NCBI GenBank assembly: GCA_031549385.1 | Contig: JAVBPW010000004.1 | Span: forward strand, 1 to 64,000 | Length of the DNA: 64,000 nt | DNA from: Alphaproteobacteria bacterium | GTDB lineage: Bacteria; Pseudomonadota; Alphaproteobacteria; Rs-D84; SZUA-605 | Direction of reading: 5' to 3' | Shown: positions 19,523-29,409 of the stretch, piece after piece | Layout: every line of letters starts with the position of its first letter | Position numbering within the stretch: the first letter of the stretch is position 1 | Notes under the pieces: generated by a model | What the model saw: the letters and a program-made list of their open reading frames with translations, nothing else | The model's database searches: none | Told to the model about the DNA's origin: nothing | Made by a program: the position numbers and the translations under genes

Positions 19523-19696
19523 ATGGCAACTCCAAAGAGAAAAACATCTACATCAAGAAGAGATATGAGAAGATCTCATGATGCCTTAAAAGCTCCTGCA
19601 ATGACTAAATGTTCAAATTGTGGTGAATTAAAACAACCACATTGTGTATGCGGAACATGCGGATTTTATGGTAAAAAACAGGTTATTCAAAAATAG
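19523..19696 (+). CDS. rpmF: 50S ribosomal protein L32 (zinc-ribbon form)
   Basis: Not in ORF track; manual translation [22 protein letters not shown]...[20 protein letters not shown]; upstream of plsX. Confidence 0.96.
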   Translation: MATPKRKTSTSRRDMRRSHDALKAPAMTKCSNCGELKQPHCVCGTCGFYGKKQVIQK

Positions 19697-19705
19697 AGCA
19701 ATAAA

Positions 19706-20725
19706 ATGGAAAGAAAAGTAATACTTTCTGTGGACGCCTTTGGCGGAGACAAAGCACCCCGTGCAGTAATAGAAGGTATAAATTTAACTTTAAAAGAAAG
19801 AACTGACGTTTTTTTTCACATATTTGGAAAAAAGAACGTACTTGAAAAGTATTTCAAAAAGTATCCAGAAATAGCTCAAAATTCAAAAATATTTGATGCT
19901 CGAAGCGTAATAAAAGGCGACCAAAAGGTAGCCGAAGCAATACGTGACAGAGCGTCTTCATTATGGATGGCAATTGACCATGTAAAACAAGGTAATGCAG
20001 ATGCAATAGTATCAGCAGGAAACACAGGTGTTTTAATGGCTATGTCAAAATTATCCTTTCGAACAATGGAAGGAATTTCACGTCCAGCGATAGTATCATT
20101 CTTACCAACAGAAAACGGTAAAGTAATATTATTAGACCTAGGTGCAAATGCAGAATGCGATGCACAAAATTTAAAAGATTTTTCTATCATGGGTGCAATA
20201 TATGCAAGAATAATCACAGGTATAAAAAAACCATTACTTGGAATTTTAAATATAGGTGAAGAACAAACTAAAGGTAATGATATATTGCGTGAAACTTACC
20301 AATATTGGAAAGAAAACCCAACAGATTTATTTGATTTTCATGGATTCGTAGAAGGTGACGATATCCTAGCCGGCACAACAGATGTTGTTGTAACAGACGG
20401 CTTTACAGGAAATGTAGCTCTAAAAACTGTAGAAGGAACAGCAAAGTTTTTAGGCAATTTATTAAAAAATATGTTCACAAGAACATGGTTAAACAAACTA
20501 GCTTATTTGTTGATAAAATCATCAATGAAAATCTTAAAAAAGAAAATAGACCCACGTGAATACAGTGGAGCCGTTTTTGTAGGCTTAAACCACTTATCAA
20601 TCAAAAGTCATGGTGGCTCAGACAAAGTTTCTTTTAAAAATGCTTTTAATTATGCAATTGATTTGGTGAAGAATGATTTCAATGAAAAAGTAAGAAAAGA
20701 AATATCAAGTATACGTAAAGCTTAA
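19706..20725 (+). CDS. plsX: Phosphate acyltransferase PlsX
   Basis: VDAFGGDKAP, SAGNTG, LDLGANAE, DGFTGNVALK, KSHG motifs. Confidence 0.96.
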   Translation: MERKVILSVDAFGGDKAPRAVIEGINLTLKERTDVFFHIFGKKNVLEKYFKKYPEIAQNSKIFDARSVIKGDQKVAEAIRDRASSLWMAIDHVKQGNADAIVSAGNTGVLMAMSKLSFRTMEGISRPAIVSFLPTENGKVILLDLGANAECDAQNLKDFSIMGAIYARIITGIKKPLLGILNIGEEQTKGNDILRETYQYWKENPTDLFDFHGFVEGDDILAGTTDVVVTDGFTGNVALKTVEGTAKFLGNLLKNMFTRTWLNKLAYLLIKSSMKILKKKIDPREYSGAVFVGLNHLSIKSHGGSDKVSFKNAFNYAIDLVKNDFNEKVRKEISSIRKA

Positions 20726-20738
20726 AAAGGGAAGGAAA

Positions 20739-21683
20739 ATGAAATCATCTAAATTAATTGGATTTGGTGCGTATTCACCTAAAAAAATAGTAACTAACGA
20801 TGACTTATCAAAAATCATGGATACAAATGACGAATGGATATCAACTCGTACAGGTGTAAAGTCAAGACATATAGCAGAAGAAAATGAACAAACATCAGAT
20901 TTAGGTCACAAAGCATTTGAACAAGCTTTATCAAGATCAAAACTTCAAAAAGAAGATATAGAATTATTAATCGTTGCAACAGCAACTCCAGATTTATTAT
21001 TTCCATCAACAGCATGTATCATTCAAAAAAAAGCAGATTTAAAAAATGCTGTTTGTTTTGATGTAACAGCAGCATGTTCAGGATTTTTATATGCACTATC
21101 AATAGCAAACGCATACATCAAATCAGGAAAATATAAAAATGTAGCAGTAATAGGCGCAGAAAAAATGTCTAAGTTAATTGATTGGACAGATCGTGCAACA
21201 GCAATATTATTTGGTGATGGAGCAGGTTGCTTTATCTTACAAGCAAGTGATGAAGAAACAGGAATCATAGACGATATAATCAAGTCATCAGGCTACGAAG
21301 GTGATATATTAACATACGATTATATATCTGCTGAAAAAAAGATTACTATGCAAGGCTCAGAAGTATTCAAACATGCAGTATCAAAGATGTCAGATATAAG
21401 TAAAGAAATACTTGAAAAGAACAATATGACATTAAACGACATAAAATATCTGATTCCTCATCAAGCGAATTCAAGAATAGTAGAAGGTGTAGCAAAATAT
21501 ATGGATGCTCCAATGGACAAAGTAATAATGAAGGTAGATCATTTTGCAAACACATCTTCAGCATCAATTCCATTAGCATTTTGTGAAGCTTATGAAGAAG
21601 GAAATATTAAAGAAGGTGACACATTGTTATTTACTGCCCTTGGTGCAGGAATAACATGGGGAGCACTACTTATAAAGGTTTAA
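20739..21683 (+). CDS. fabH: 3-oxoacyl-ACP synthase III
   Basis: AACSGF, LFGDGAG, PHQAN, NTSSASIP motifs. Confidence 0.96.
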   Translation: MKSSKLIGFGAYSPKKIVTNDDLSKIMDTNDEWISTRTGVKSRHIAEENEQTSDLGHKAFEQALSRSKLQKEDIELLIVATATPDLLFPSTACIIQKKADLKNAVCFDVTAACSGFLYALSIANAYIKSGKYKNVAVIGAEKMSKLIDWTDRATAILFGDGAGCFILQASDEETGIIDDIIKSSGYEGDILTYDYISAEKKITMQGSEVFKHAVSKMSDISKEILEKNNMTLNDIKYLIPHQANSRIVEGVAKYMDAPMDKVIMKVDHFANTSSASIPLAFCEAYEEGNIKEGDTLLFTALGAGITWGALLIKV

Positions 21684-21715
21684 ACTAAATATTTAACCAC
21701 TTAATTATTAAACAA

Positions 21716-21844
21716 ATGGAAACAACAAATCAGGTTATGGAACCTCAAAATCCAACAACAAATGAGCTCCCTGGAGCAAAATTTGACGAAACTACCAAAA
21801 CATGGGTAGGAAAAGATGAAGCAAGGCTTGATCCAAGCTTCTAA
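21716..21844 (+). CDS. Putative 42-aa peptide
   Basis: Manual translation METTNQVMEPQNPTTNELPGAKFDETTKTWVGKDEARLDPSF*; lies between fabH and its terminator. Confidence 0.55.
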   Translation: METTNQVMEPQNPTTNELPGAKFDETTKTWVGKDEARLDPSF

Positions 21845-21851
21845 ACAAATT

Positions 21852-21889
21852 AAAAAGGCTTGAAATCTTATGGTTTCAAGCTATTTTTT
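21852..21889 (+). terminator. Intrinsic terminator
   Basis: GGCTTGAAATC-ttat-GGTTTCAAGCT followed by a T-tract. Confidence 0.7.
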
Positions 21890-21967
21890 GTTTCTCTAAT
21901 TGACTTTATAAAAATAATTATTAAATTGGATAACATTAATAAAAAGTCAAACTTAAACATATATGCA

Positions 21968-22411
21968 ATGAAAAAGAAAGTAATGGTTGTTGGCTACAAT
22001 GAAGAGTCAATAAGGAATTTTTGCAACTATATGGTAGACAATCCTGTTTATGAAATAGTAGCAATAGTAGACGCCCAATTCCACAAAGGAGAAAGCAAGA
22101 AGTTTTTTCCTGAAATAACAGATGCGGTAATGATAACATCTCCGGAAGTTGTAATAGACTTTAGCGATAAAAATATAGCAATAGCAAATTGCGCCTATTA
22201 TACAGGCTATGCTATTCCATCTGTATTGTTAATAGATTCAACATCGCAAGACAGGCAAAAGTTGGAAACATTAACGGAAGAATACGTTGTTTCTATGGCA
22301 ATATTGCCAAAAAACAATCGTGAACCTCAGTATTATGGTACGATAATTCGTAATATGGACAACGTTTTAAAGCAAAACGTATTTACATATCAACCATCGG
22401 AGTTTTTTTAA
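21968..22411 (+). CDS. Degenerate DapB N-terminal (Rossmann-like) domain protein
   Basis: KVMVVG..., EIVAIVD, EVVIDFS, IPSVLL pattern; GxxGxxG lost; start moved to MKKK. Confidence 0.5.
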   Translation: MKKKVMVVGYNEESIRNFCNYMVDNPVYEIVAIVDAQFHKGESKKFFPEITDAVMITSPEVVIDFSDKNIAIANCAYYTGYAIPSVLLIDSTSQDRQKLETLTEEYVVSMAILPKNNREPQYYGTIIRNMDNVLKQNVFTYQPSEFF

Positions 22412-22440
22412 TTTTAATTTTACCAATTGTTTTTCATTCG

Positions 22441-22464
22441 AGCCCCCATCTGGGGGCTTTTTTT
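22441..22464 (+). terminator. Intrinsic terminator
   Basis: AGCCCCCA-tc-TGGGGGCTTTTTTT. Confidence 0.8.
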
Positions 22465-22522
22465 GCTTGAAAATCTAATAGTTTTTATTAGTATTAAACA
22501 AGTACGAAAAATAAGGGAAAGG

Positions 22523-23380
22523 ATGTTTTTACAATTAATAATTAATTCATTAATCATAGGCTCTGGCTATGCTTTAATAGCAATGGCATTTCGCCTAATG
22601 TATTCAGTTTCACCATTTTTTAATTTGACGCTTGGTTCAGTAGTAACAGTGGGAGCATATTCAGCTCTATATTTCACACCAATACTTGGATTAAATGCAA
22701 TTTTTCCAGCAATAATAATAGCAGCTCTTTTCTCATGGGGGCTAGAGGCATTAGTCTATAAACCAATGCGTGACCGTGGTGCATCATCAATGATATTACT
22801 TGTGGCATCATTAGGTATTTATACAATCATGGAATCAGTAATAAGTTTAATCTTTGGAGCAAAGTATTACACACTTGGAAATTTTTCAGAATTAAACCAA
22901 ATTAATTTAGGTTTCACCAACATTCCATTGGTACAATTAATAACAATAATATCAGCATTTATAATATTTATTTTATTATATTTATTTTTGCACAGAAGTT
23001 TTACAGGAAAACAAGTGCGTGCAGTAAATGACTCAACAACACTATCAAATATTATTGGAATTAAAACAGATAAAATAATAATGATAGTTTCAATCATAAC
23101 TGGTGCAATACTTGGTCTAGCAGGTGTTTTAATAGGCTACGATACAGGTATGGAACCAACAATGGGATTTAATTTATTATTCAAAGGTATGATAGGAGCA
23201 ATCATAGGCGGAATGACAAATCTAAGAGGTGCATTCCTAGGTGCAATGTTCCTAGCCTTCGCAGAAAATATCGCAGTTTGGGTATTTGCATCTGAATGGC
23301 GTGATCTTTGTGCCTTTGTAATATTTATAATATTCCTATACATCAAACCAAACGGAATATTTTCTAAGAAAGGGGAATAA
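22523..23380 (+). CDS. livH: Branched-chain amino acid ABC transporter permease LivH-like
   Basis: LQLIINSLIIGSGYALIA, GKQVRAV, AIIGG, KPNGIF; start moved to MFLQ after AAGGGAAAGG SD. Confidence 0.9.
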   Translation: MFLQLIINSLIIGSGYALIAMAFRLMYSVSPFFNLTLGSVVTVGAYSALYFTPILGLNAIFPAIIIAALFSWGLEALVYKPMRDRGASSMILLVASLGIYTIMESVISLIFGAKYYTLGNFSELNQINLGFTNIPLVQLITIISAFIIFILLYLFLHRSFTGKQVRAVNDSTTLSNIIGIKTDKIIMIVSIITGAILGLAGVLIGYDTGMEPTMGFNLLFKGMIGAIIGGMTNLRGAFLGAMFLAFAENIAVWVFASEWRDLCAFVIFIIFLYIKPNGIFSKKGE

Positions 23381-23383
23381 GTT

Positions 23384-24496
23384 ATGCAAAAAAAAATTAT
23401 ATGGGGTTTAATAGCAGCAATTGTAATAGTATCAATCTTGATATTATTTCAATCAAGAAAAGAAACATACGACAAACCTACAATTAAAATTGGAGTATCA
23501 CTACCAATAACAGGTGAAGCAGCCTATATAGGAGCTCCATCAAGAGACTCTGCAATGTTAGCATTAGATAAATGGAAAAAGGTTAATACAAAATATAATT
23601 ATAAATTAGTAGTTGAAGACGATCAATTATCAACAAAGATGTCAGTAACTGTTGCAAACAAAATGATAAGCATTGATAAAGTAAAAGCTCTTGTAACAAT
23701 CTGGGATATTTCATCTCCAATAGACATGGAGCTAGCAAAACGAAATAATATAATTCACATGGCATGCACTTGGGGAAATGGAATGTCAGATGGAATAAAT
23801 AATTTCAATAATGTTACATCACATAAAAAGCATTCAGAAAAAATGATTAAGCTTTTAAAACAGCAAAAAGTAAAAAAAGTTGCATATATTGCACAAGTTG
23901 CAAAAGGTGATCTTGACTTAAAGTCAACTTTAATAAAAGATATGAAAAACAATGGTATAGATGTTGTATTTAACGAGGAAGTCCATATAGGTGATAAAGA
24001 TTTTCGCACACTTTTAACAAAGATGAAAAATAAGAAAGTGGATATGATAATGATAACAATGATTCCAGAAGATTTTTACGCTTTTGTAAAACAAAAAAAG
24101 GAATTAGGAATAGATGCTCCAATCACAACAGTTGATTATTTTGAAAGTATAGATAAAAAAGATTTAGTAGAAGGTTATTACTATGTGATGTCATCATCAG
24201 GTGGTGATAAATTTCTAAAGGAAATTAATACTGATGTAGTTGGTCAATGTATAGGAAATGTTTATGATAATGTAGATTTACTTATTTATGCATTTGAACA
24301 TGCTGATGCAAAACCTGGTGAAATTCCAACAACAGAGGAAGTAGCAAAAGTTTTAAAGAAAATTAAAAACTATCCAGGAATAGTAGGTCAATTGTCGGTT
24401 GATCAAAATGGTCACATAGACTCTCCTGCATATATAAAGCAAATCAAAAATGGCAAACCAGAATTAATAAAGGAACAAGATGAAAAAAAGAAATAA
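23384..24496 (+). CDS. LivJ/K-like ABC substrate-binding protein 1
   Basis: N-terminal TM anchor, IKIGVSLPITG, VEDD, DFRTLL, YD motif. Confidence 0.9.
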   Translation: MQKKIIWGLIAAIVIVSILILFQSRKETYDKPTIKIGVSLPITGEAAYIGAPSRDSAMLALDKWKKVNTKYNYKLVVEDDQLSTKMSVTVANKMISIDKVKALVTIWDISSPIDMELAKRNNIIHMACTWGNGMSDGINNFNNVTSHKKHSEKMIKLLKQQKVKKVAYIAQVAKGDLDLKSTLIKDMKNNGIDVVFNEEVHIGDKDFRTLLTKMKNKKVDMIMITMIPEDFYAFVKQKKELGIDAPITTVDYFESIDKKDLVEGYYYVMSSSGGDKFLKEINTDVVGQCIGNVYDNVDLLIYAFEHADAKPGEIPTTEEVAKVLKKIKNYPGIVGQLSVDQNGHIDSPAYIKQIKNGKPELIKEQDEKKK

Positions 24497-25577
24497 GTTA
24501 TTTTTAGCAACTATTATTGCAGTTACATTAATTGGTATAATTGGAATATTTTTCCAACCTAAAAAACAAGATATTGAAAACAAGCAGGTAATAAGAATAG
24601 GCGCAATTCTGCCACTTACAGGTGACTTTGGAAATATAGGTCAATCTTTTAAAAATGCTGTTTTATTAGCTAAAAAAGATTTAGAAAAAAAGAATTTAAA
24701 GAACAAATATGAGTTTATATTTGATGATGACAGTTTTGAAACAAGAAAAACAATTTCAGCTTTTCAAAAACAAAGAAGTTTGGATAAAGTAAAAGCGGTT
24801 ATAAGTTTTGCATCAGCCACAGGTAATGTAATTGCTCCACTAACAGACCAAGCAAAGATAATATATATTAATGTTGGTGCAAGCGATAAAAATGTAGCAA
24901 AAGGAAAATACAATTTCATTCATTGGACACAACCAGAAAATACAGCAGGAAAACTTGCGGAATTTTTATCAAAAAATAATTATAAAAATATCGCATTCAT
25001 AGGTGGTATAGACGCAGGTGTAAATGCAATAGGAAAAAGTTTTATAGAACAAGCAACGCCATTTGGATTAAACGTAAAAGTTTATAACTTTAACAATGGT
25101 GAAAAGAATTTCAAATTACTATTGCTTAAAACTCAACAAGATAATCCAGATGCTTATGTAGTAATGGCATGGGGAGGCACAATCGCTCCAATGATGAAGC
25201 AAATCAAGGAAGTTGGCATAACTCAACCAATAACAAATATAGAAATTTTTGCAACAGTTCCAGATTTTTCAGTTGTAAACAACACGTATTATTCTGATGT
25301 AGCTCAAAGCTCACCAGAATTTATTGAAAGATTAAAAAAAGAATTTCCAGACACTGCAAGTGATTTTGGTGTAGGAAATATATATGATTCAATAATATTA
25401 TTTGTTCAAGCTTTTGAAAAAGCATCAACTCCAGATGAAGCAGTTGATGAATTAATAAAAACAAAAACATATAATGGAGTTGTTGGAAATTTAATCCAAG
25501 ATGAAGCAGGGATTTTTAATTCCCAAGCGATAATTAAAAAAGTAATAAATAATAAACCAGAATTAATAAAGGAATAA
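24480..25577 (+). CDS. LivJ/K-like ABC substrate-binding protein 2
   Basis: IRIGAILPLTG, FDDD, NIYD, GVVG motifs. Confidence 0.9.
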   Translation: MKKRNKLFLATIIAVTLIGIIGIFFQPKKQDIENKQVIRIGAILPLTGDFGNIGQSFKNAVLLAKKDLEKKNLKNKYEFIFDDDSFETRKTISAFQKQRSLDKVKAVISFASATGNVIAPLTDQAKIIYINVGASDKNVAKGKYNFIHWTQPENTAGKLAEFLSKNNYKNIAFIGGIDAGVNAIGKSFIEQATPFGLNVKVYNFNNGEKNFKLLLLKTQQDNPDAYVVMAWGGTIAPMMKQIKEVGITQPITNIEIFATVPDFSVVNNTYYSDVAQSSPEFIERLKKEFPDTASDFGVGNIYDSIILFVQAFEKASTPDEAVDELIKTKTYNGVVGNLIQDEAGIFNSQAIIKKVINNKPELIKE

Positions 25578-25581
25578 ATAA

Positions 25582-26673
25582 ATGAAAAAATACATTGGTC
25601 CAGTAATAACATTAATAATAATAGCACTAGCATTTATTTATTTTTCAGAGCAGAAGAAAATTAAAGATCAATCAGGAAAGCCAATAGTAAAAATAGGAGT
25701 ATCGCTTCCACTAACAGGAAACTTAGGCTACGCAGGTCAAGGCATGAAAGCTGCTTTAGAAGTTCTTCAAGAGGAATCAAATAAAAAAGAATATAAAAAA
25801 CAATATCAATTTATTATTGAAGATAATGGATTTGATAATAAAGCTGCTGCCACAATAACTTCAAAATTTATCAATATAGATAATGTAGATGCAATAATAG
25901 ACTTTGGATCAATCATAGGTCAAGTATCATCTCCAATATCTCAAAAAGCAAAGATGATTCATATTAATGTATGTTCATCTGACAAGTCAGTTGCGAAGGG
26001 GGAATATAACTTTTTAATAACAACAACCCCAGAAGCTGAAACTGCATTGCTAGCAAAAAAGATTAGCGAAAGATATGAAAACGTAGCAATCATAGCTCAA
26101 AATGAAGTATCTTCTCAAATAACAATGAACAGTTTAATAAAAGAATTCAAAGACAGAGGAATAAAACATACAAAATATGTGGTAAACCAAAACGAAAAGG
26201 ATTTCAGATTAATTCTAAGTAAAGCAGAAGAACAAAAGCCAGATGTTTATGTAGTTTTTTTATATACTCCTGGTCTTGAAATATTTGTAAAACAATTAAA
26301 GGAACTCGGAATACAAACTCCATTAACATCAACTCATTTCTTTGCAAATATAGAAGATTATAATCTAATTGAAGGAAGTCATTATGTAGATTATGCTTCA
26401 ATCAATCCAATATTGAAAAAAGAAATCTTAGCCAAAACAAAAGGTTCTAACTATGAAATGTGTTTAGCTTATATTTATGAAGCAGGGCAATTCATCATGG
26501 AAGCATTTGATAAAAATGATGATAAAGAACAAGCTCATAAATACATAAGAAACATGATAGCTCGTTCAAGTGAAGTAACAGAGCAAATAAACCAAAAAGA
26601 AGACACAATATTTATAATCTCTCCATCATGGAGGCAGATTAAAAACGGCAAACCAGAATTAGTACAGGAATAA
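25582..26673 (+). CDS. LivJ/K-like ABC substrate-binding protein 3
   Basis: VKIGVSLPLTG, IEDN, DFRLIL motifs. Confidence 0.9.
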   Translation: MKKYIGPVITLIIIALAFIYFSEQKKIKDQSGKPIVKIGVSLPLTGNLGYAGQGMKAALEVLQEESNKKEYKKQYQFIIEDNGFDNKAAATITSKFINIDNVDAIIDFGSIIGQVSSPISQKAKMIHINVCSSDKSVAKGEYNFLITTTPEAETALLAKKISERYENVAIIAQNEVSSQITMNSLIKEFKDRGIKHTKYVVNQNEKDFRLILSKAEEQKPDVYVVFLYTPGLEIFVKQLKELGIQTPLTSTHFFANIEDYNLIEGSHYVDYASINPILKKEILAKTKGSNYEMCLAYIYEAGQFIMEAFDKNDDKEQAHKYIRNMIARSSEVTEQINQKEDTIFIISPSWRQIKNGKPELVQE

Positions 26674-26674
26674 C

Positions 26675-27541
26675 ATGGAATATTTTTTAAATTTAGGAAT
26701 TTTATTTTGCATTTACAGTATCCTAGCTTTATCGCTAAACATGGTGGTAGGAATGGCAGGATTATTATCTCTCGCCCAAGCTGCTTTTTATGGAATAGGT
26801 GCCTATGCAACAGCATTAGGAATGACTAAGTTAGGATTAGACTTCTTCACAACAATTGCCTTAGGAATGGCAGTAAATATGATAATAGCTTTCATAGTAA
26901 GTCGAATTTTATCAAGGTTCAAAGGTGACTATTATGCAATAGTTTCCGCAGGTCTTTCTATAATAGTATTTTCAATTTTATTAAATTGGAAAGGTTTAAC
27001 AAACGGACCACTTGGAGTATTCGGTATAGAAAAGCCAGAAATCGGAAATTTTGCCTTCAACTCAAATTTACACTTTTTATTCCTATCATTATTCTTTGCA
27101 TTTGTAGTTTTTCTAATCTACCAATTCATAGACAAATCTTCATTTGGCCGAGCATTAAAAGGGATTCGCGAAGATGAGCAACTAACATCAGTAATGGGAT
27201 ATAAGACAGAACGATTTAAGACTACAATCTTTGTAATTTCCTCAGCGATATCAACAATAGCAGGTGCATTATTTGCAAGTTACATAGCATTTATAGACCC
27301 ATCAACCTTCCAATTAAAAGAAGGGATATTTATGTTTACAATCATAGTAGTTGGCGGTCTTTCATCAGCATTAGGAAGCATAGTAGGAGCAGTAATATTA
27401 ATCTCTCTTCCAGAAGTTTTAAGATTTTTAGGTCTACCATATGAAACCGCAGCGCAATTACAACAAATAATATATGGAGCAATGTTAGTATTAATCATGG
27501 CCTTCAAACCCAAAGGTTTGTTTGGCAAATATAAGATGTAG
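26675..27541 (+). CDS. livM: Branched-chain amino acid ABC transporter permease LivM-like
   Basis: GLLSLAQAAFYGIGAY, LTNGPLG, FGRALKGIRED, LPEVLR, KPKGL. Confidence 0.92.
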   Translation: MEYFLNLGILFCIYSILALSLNMVVGMAGLLSLAQAAFYGIGAYATALGMTKLGLDFFTTIALGMAVNMIIAFIVSRILSRFKGDYYAIVSAGLSIIVFSILLNWKGLTNGPLGVFGIEKPEIGNFAFNSNLHFLFLSLFFAFVVFLIYQFIDKSSFGRALKGIREDEQLTSVMGYKTERFKTTIFVISSAISTIAGALFASYIAFIDPSTFQLKEGIFMFTIIVVGGLSSALGSIVGAVILISLPEVLRFLGLPYETAAQLQQIIYGAMLVLIMAFKPKGLFGKYKM

Positions 27542-27551
27542 GGAGTAAGAA

Positions 27552-28664
27552 ATGAAATTAAAAAAGTTAATATTCTGGTTAATAGCAGCCGCAGCAGTAA
27601 TAACAACAGTATTTATCCTTTCAAGTGAAGTAAATAATGAAATGGTTAACAAACCAACAATAAGGATAGGAGTTACACTACCTCTTTCAGGTGATTTAGC
27701 CTATATTGGCGAACCAGTTAAAAAATCTATTCAACTAGCATTAAAAGACATAACTCAAGAAAGAAATTTGAAGTATAATTATGAGTTAATTTTTGAAGAT
27801 GATAAATTAGACCCAAAAATAGTATTATTAAATTATAACAGATTTATAAGTATTTATAAAGTAAGTGCAGTAATGACTATGTGGTCAAATGCAGTTGCGA
27901 TATCATCAAGAACAGATAAAGATAAAATTATCAACATAGGTTGTGCTTGGGGTAAAAATTATGCAAAAGGTTATTATAACTTAAATCATTGTGTTTTTTC
28001 TGACGAACAAAATCCTTTACTAATAAAAGAAATGAAAAGACTGGGAATAAAAAAAGTTGGAATAGTTTATAATCAAACTCCAGGTGATGAAGAAATTATT
28101 TCAACACTTCTTCCAGACTTGAAAAAAGCTGGTTTTGAAATAGTTTTCAAGAGTCAGTTCAAAATGGATCAAAAAGACTATAAGTCAGAAATAATAAAAA
28201 TAAAGAAAAAAGCTGTCGATATAGTATTTACAACTCTAATAACACCTGGGCTAGAAATCTTTTCAAAACAAGCAAAAGAACTAGGATATAATCCTAAATA
28301 CACAGGGTTTGACGTTCTTCGTTATGCTCCAGAATTCTTTGAAGGGCAATGGTTTATAACAGATGCTCCTGGAACAAAAGAATTTACAAAACATTATATA
28401 AAAGAAACAAAGGAAAAATCTGTGACATCTTGTGTTTCAAATTTATATGATTCTTTAAAAATATTAGTAACTGGTTTTGAAGATACAGTGTTAAAAGGTG
28501 ATGAAGTAATTCCAAATAACAAAGAAGTTGTGAAAACAATCTTAAATTTGAAAAATTTCAAGAGTGCAACAGGAAAGATTTATGTAGATGAAGAAGGAAA
28601 TATTCATACATACCCAGAAATAAGTGTAATTAAAAATGGTAAAACAGAACCAATAGGCAAATAA
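27552..28664 (+). CDS. LivJ/K-like ABC substrate-binding protein 4
   Basis: IRIGVTLPLSG, FEDD, NLYD motifs. Confidence 0.9.
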   Translation: MKLKKLIFWLIAAAAVITTVFILSSEVNNEMVNKPTIRIGVTLPLSGDLAYIGEPVKKSIQLALKDITQERNLKYNYELIFEDDKLDPKIVLLNYNRFISIYKVSAVMTMWSNAVAISSRTDKDKIINIGCAWGKNYAKGYYNLNHCVFSDEQNPLLIKEMKRLGIKKVGIVYNQTPGDEEIISTLLPDLKKAGFEIVFKSQFKMDQKDYKSEIIKIKKKAVDIVFTTLITPGLEIFSKQAKELGYNPKYTGFDVLRYAPEFFEGQWFITDAPGTKEFTKHYIKETKEKSVTSCVSNLYDSLKILVTGFEDTVLKGDEVIPNNKEVVKTILNLKNFKSATGKIYVDEEGNIHTYPEISVIKNGKTEPIGK

Positions 28665-28665
28665 C

Positions 28666-29400
28666 ATGAAACCAATAATAAGTGTAAAAAATTTATCTAA
28701 ACATTTTGGTGGGCTAAAAGCAATAGACGACCTAACAACAGAAATCCCACAAGGTACAACTACAGGGTTAATAGGTCCAAATGGTTCAGGTAAAACTACA
28801 TTAATGAATATTCTCACAGGTATTTTAAAACCAGAACAAGGAAGTATTCAAATCAATGATAAAACCTTTACATCTATCGATTCGACATCTTTAAGAAAAT
28901 TAAAAATAGCTCGTACTTTTCAAGACGGACGCCTAATAGGTCAATTATCAGTAGAAGACAATCTTTTACTAACAACAGCAAAGAATGGTTTATTTAAAAG
29001 TATGTTTGACTTTGCTTGTCGCAAACAAAGAAAAAGAATGGAAGAAGTTTTAAAGATAATCCACCTTAAAGATCATCGTAAAAAGAATGCAGAAGAATTA
29101 TCCTATGGCCAAGGCAAGCTTCTTGAAATAGGCCGTACCTTAATGCAAGATCCAGATATATATTTCTTTGACGAACCATTCACAGGTTTATTTCCACAAG
29201 TGGTCGAACAAGTAATGGAAATAATGCAAGATTTAAAAGCACAAGGCAAAACCTTAGTAATTATTGAACACAACATGGAATTAATTTCCAGACTATGTGA
29301 ACATATAATCGTTCTCGATTATGGAAAATTACTATCATCAGGCAAGCCATGTGATGTATTGGCAAACAAACAAGTACAAGAAGCATATTTAGGAAAATAG
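28666..29400 (+). CDS. livG: ABC ATP-binding protein LivG-like
   Basis: KHFGGLKA, GPNGSGKTT, ARTFQ, LSYGQ, DEP, VQEAYLG. Confidence 0.93.
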   Translation: MKPIISVKNLSKHFGGLKAIDDLTTEIPQGTTTGLIGPNGSGKTTLMNILTGILKPEQGSIQINDKTFTSIDSTSLRKLKIARTFQDGRLIGQLSVEDNLLLTTAKNGLFKSMFDFACRKQRKRMEEVLKIIHLKDHRKKNAEELSYGQGKLLEIGRTLMQDPDIYFFDEPFTGLFPQVVEQVMEIMQDLKAQGKTLVIIEHNMELISRLCEHIIVLDYGKLLSSGKPCDVLANKQVQEAYLGK

Positions 29401-29409
29401 GAGCAAAAG

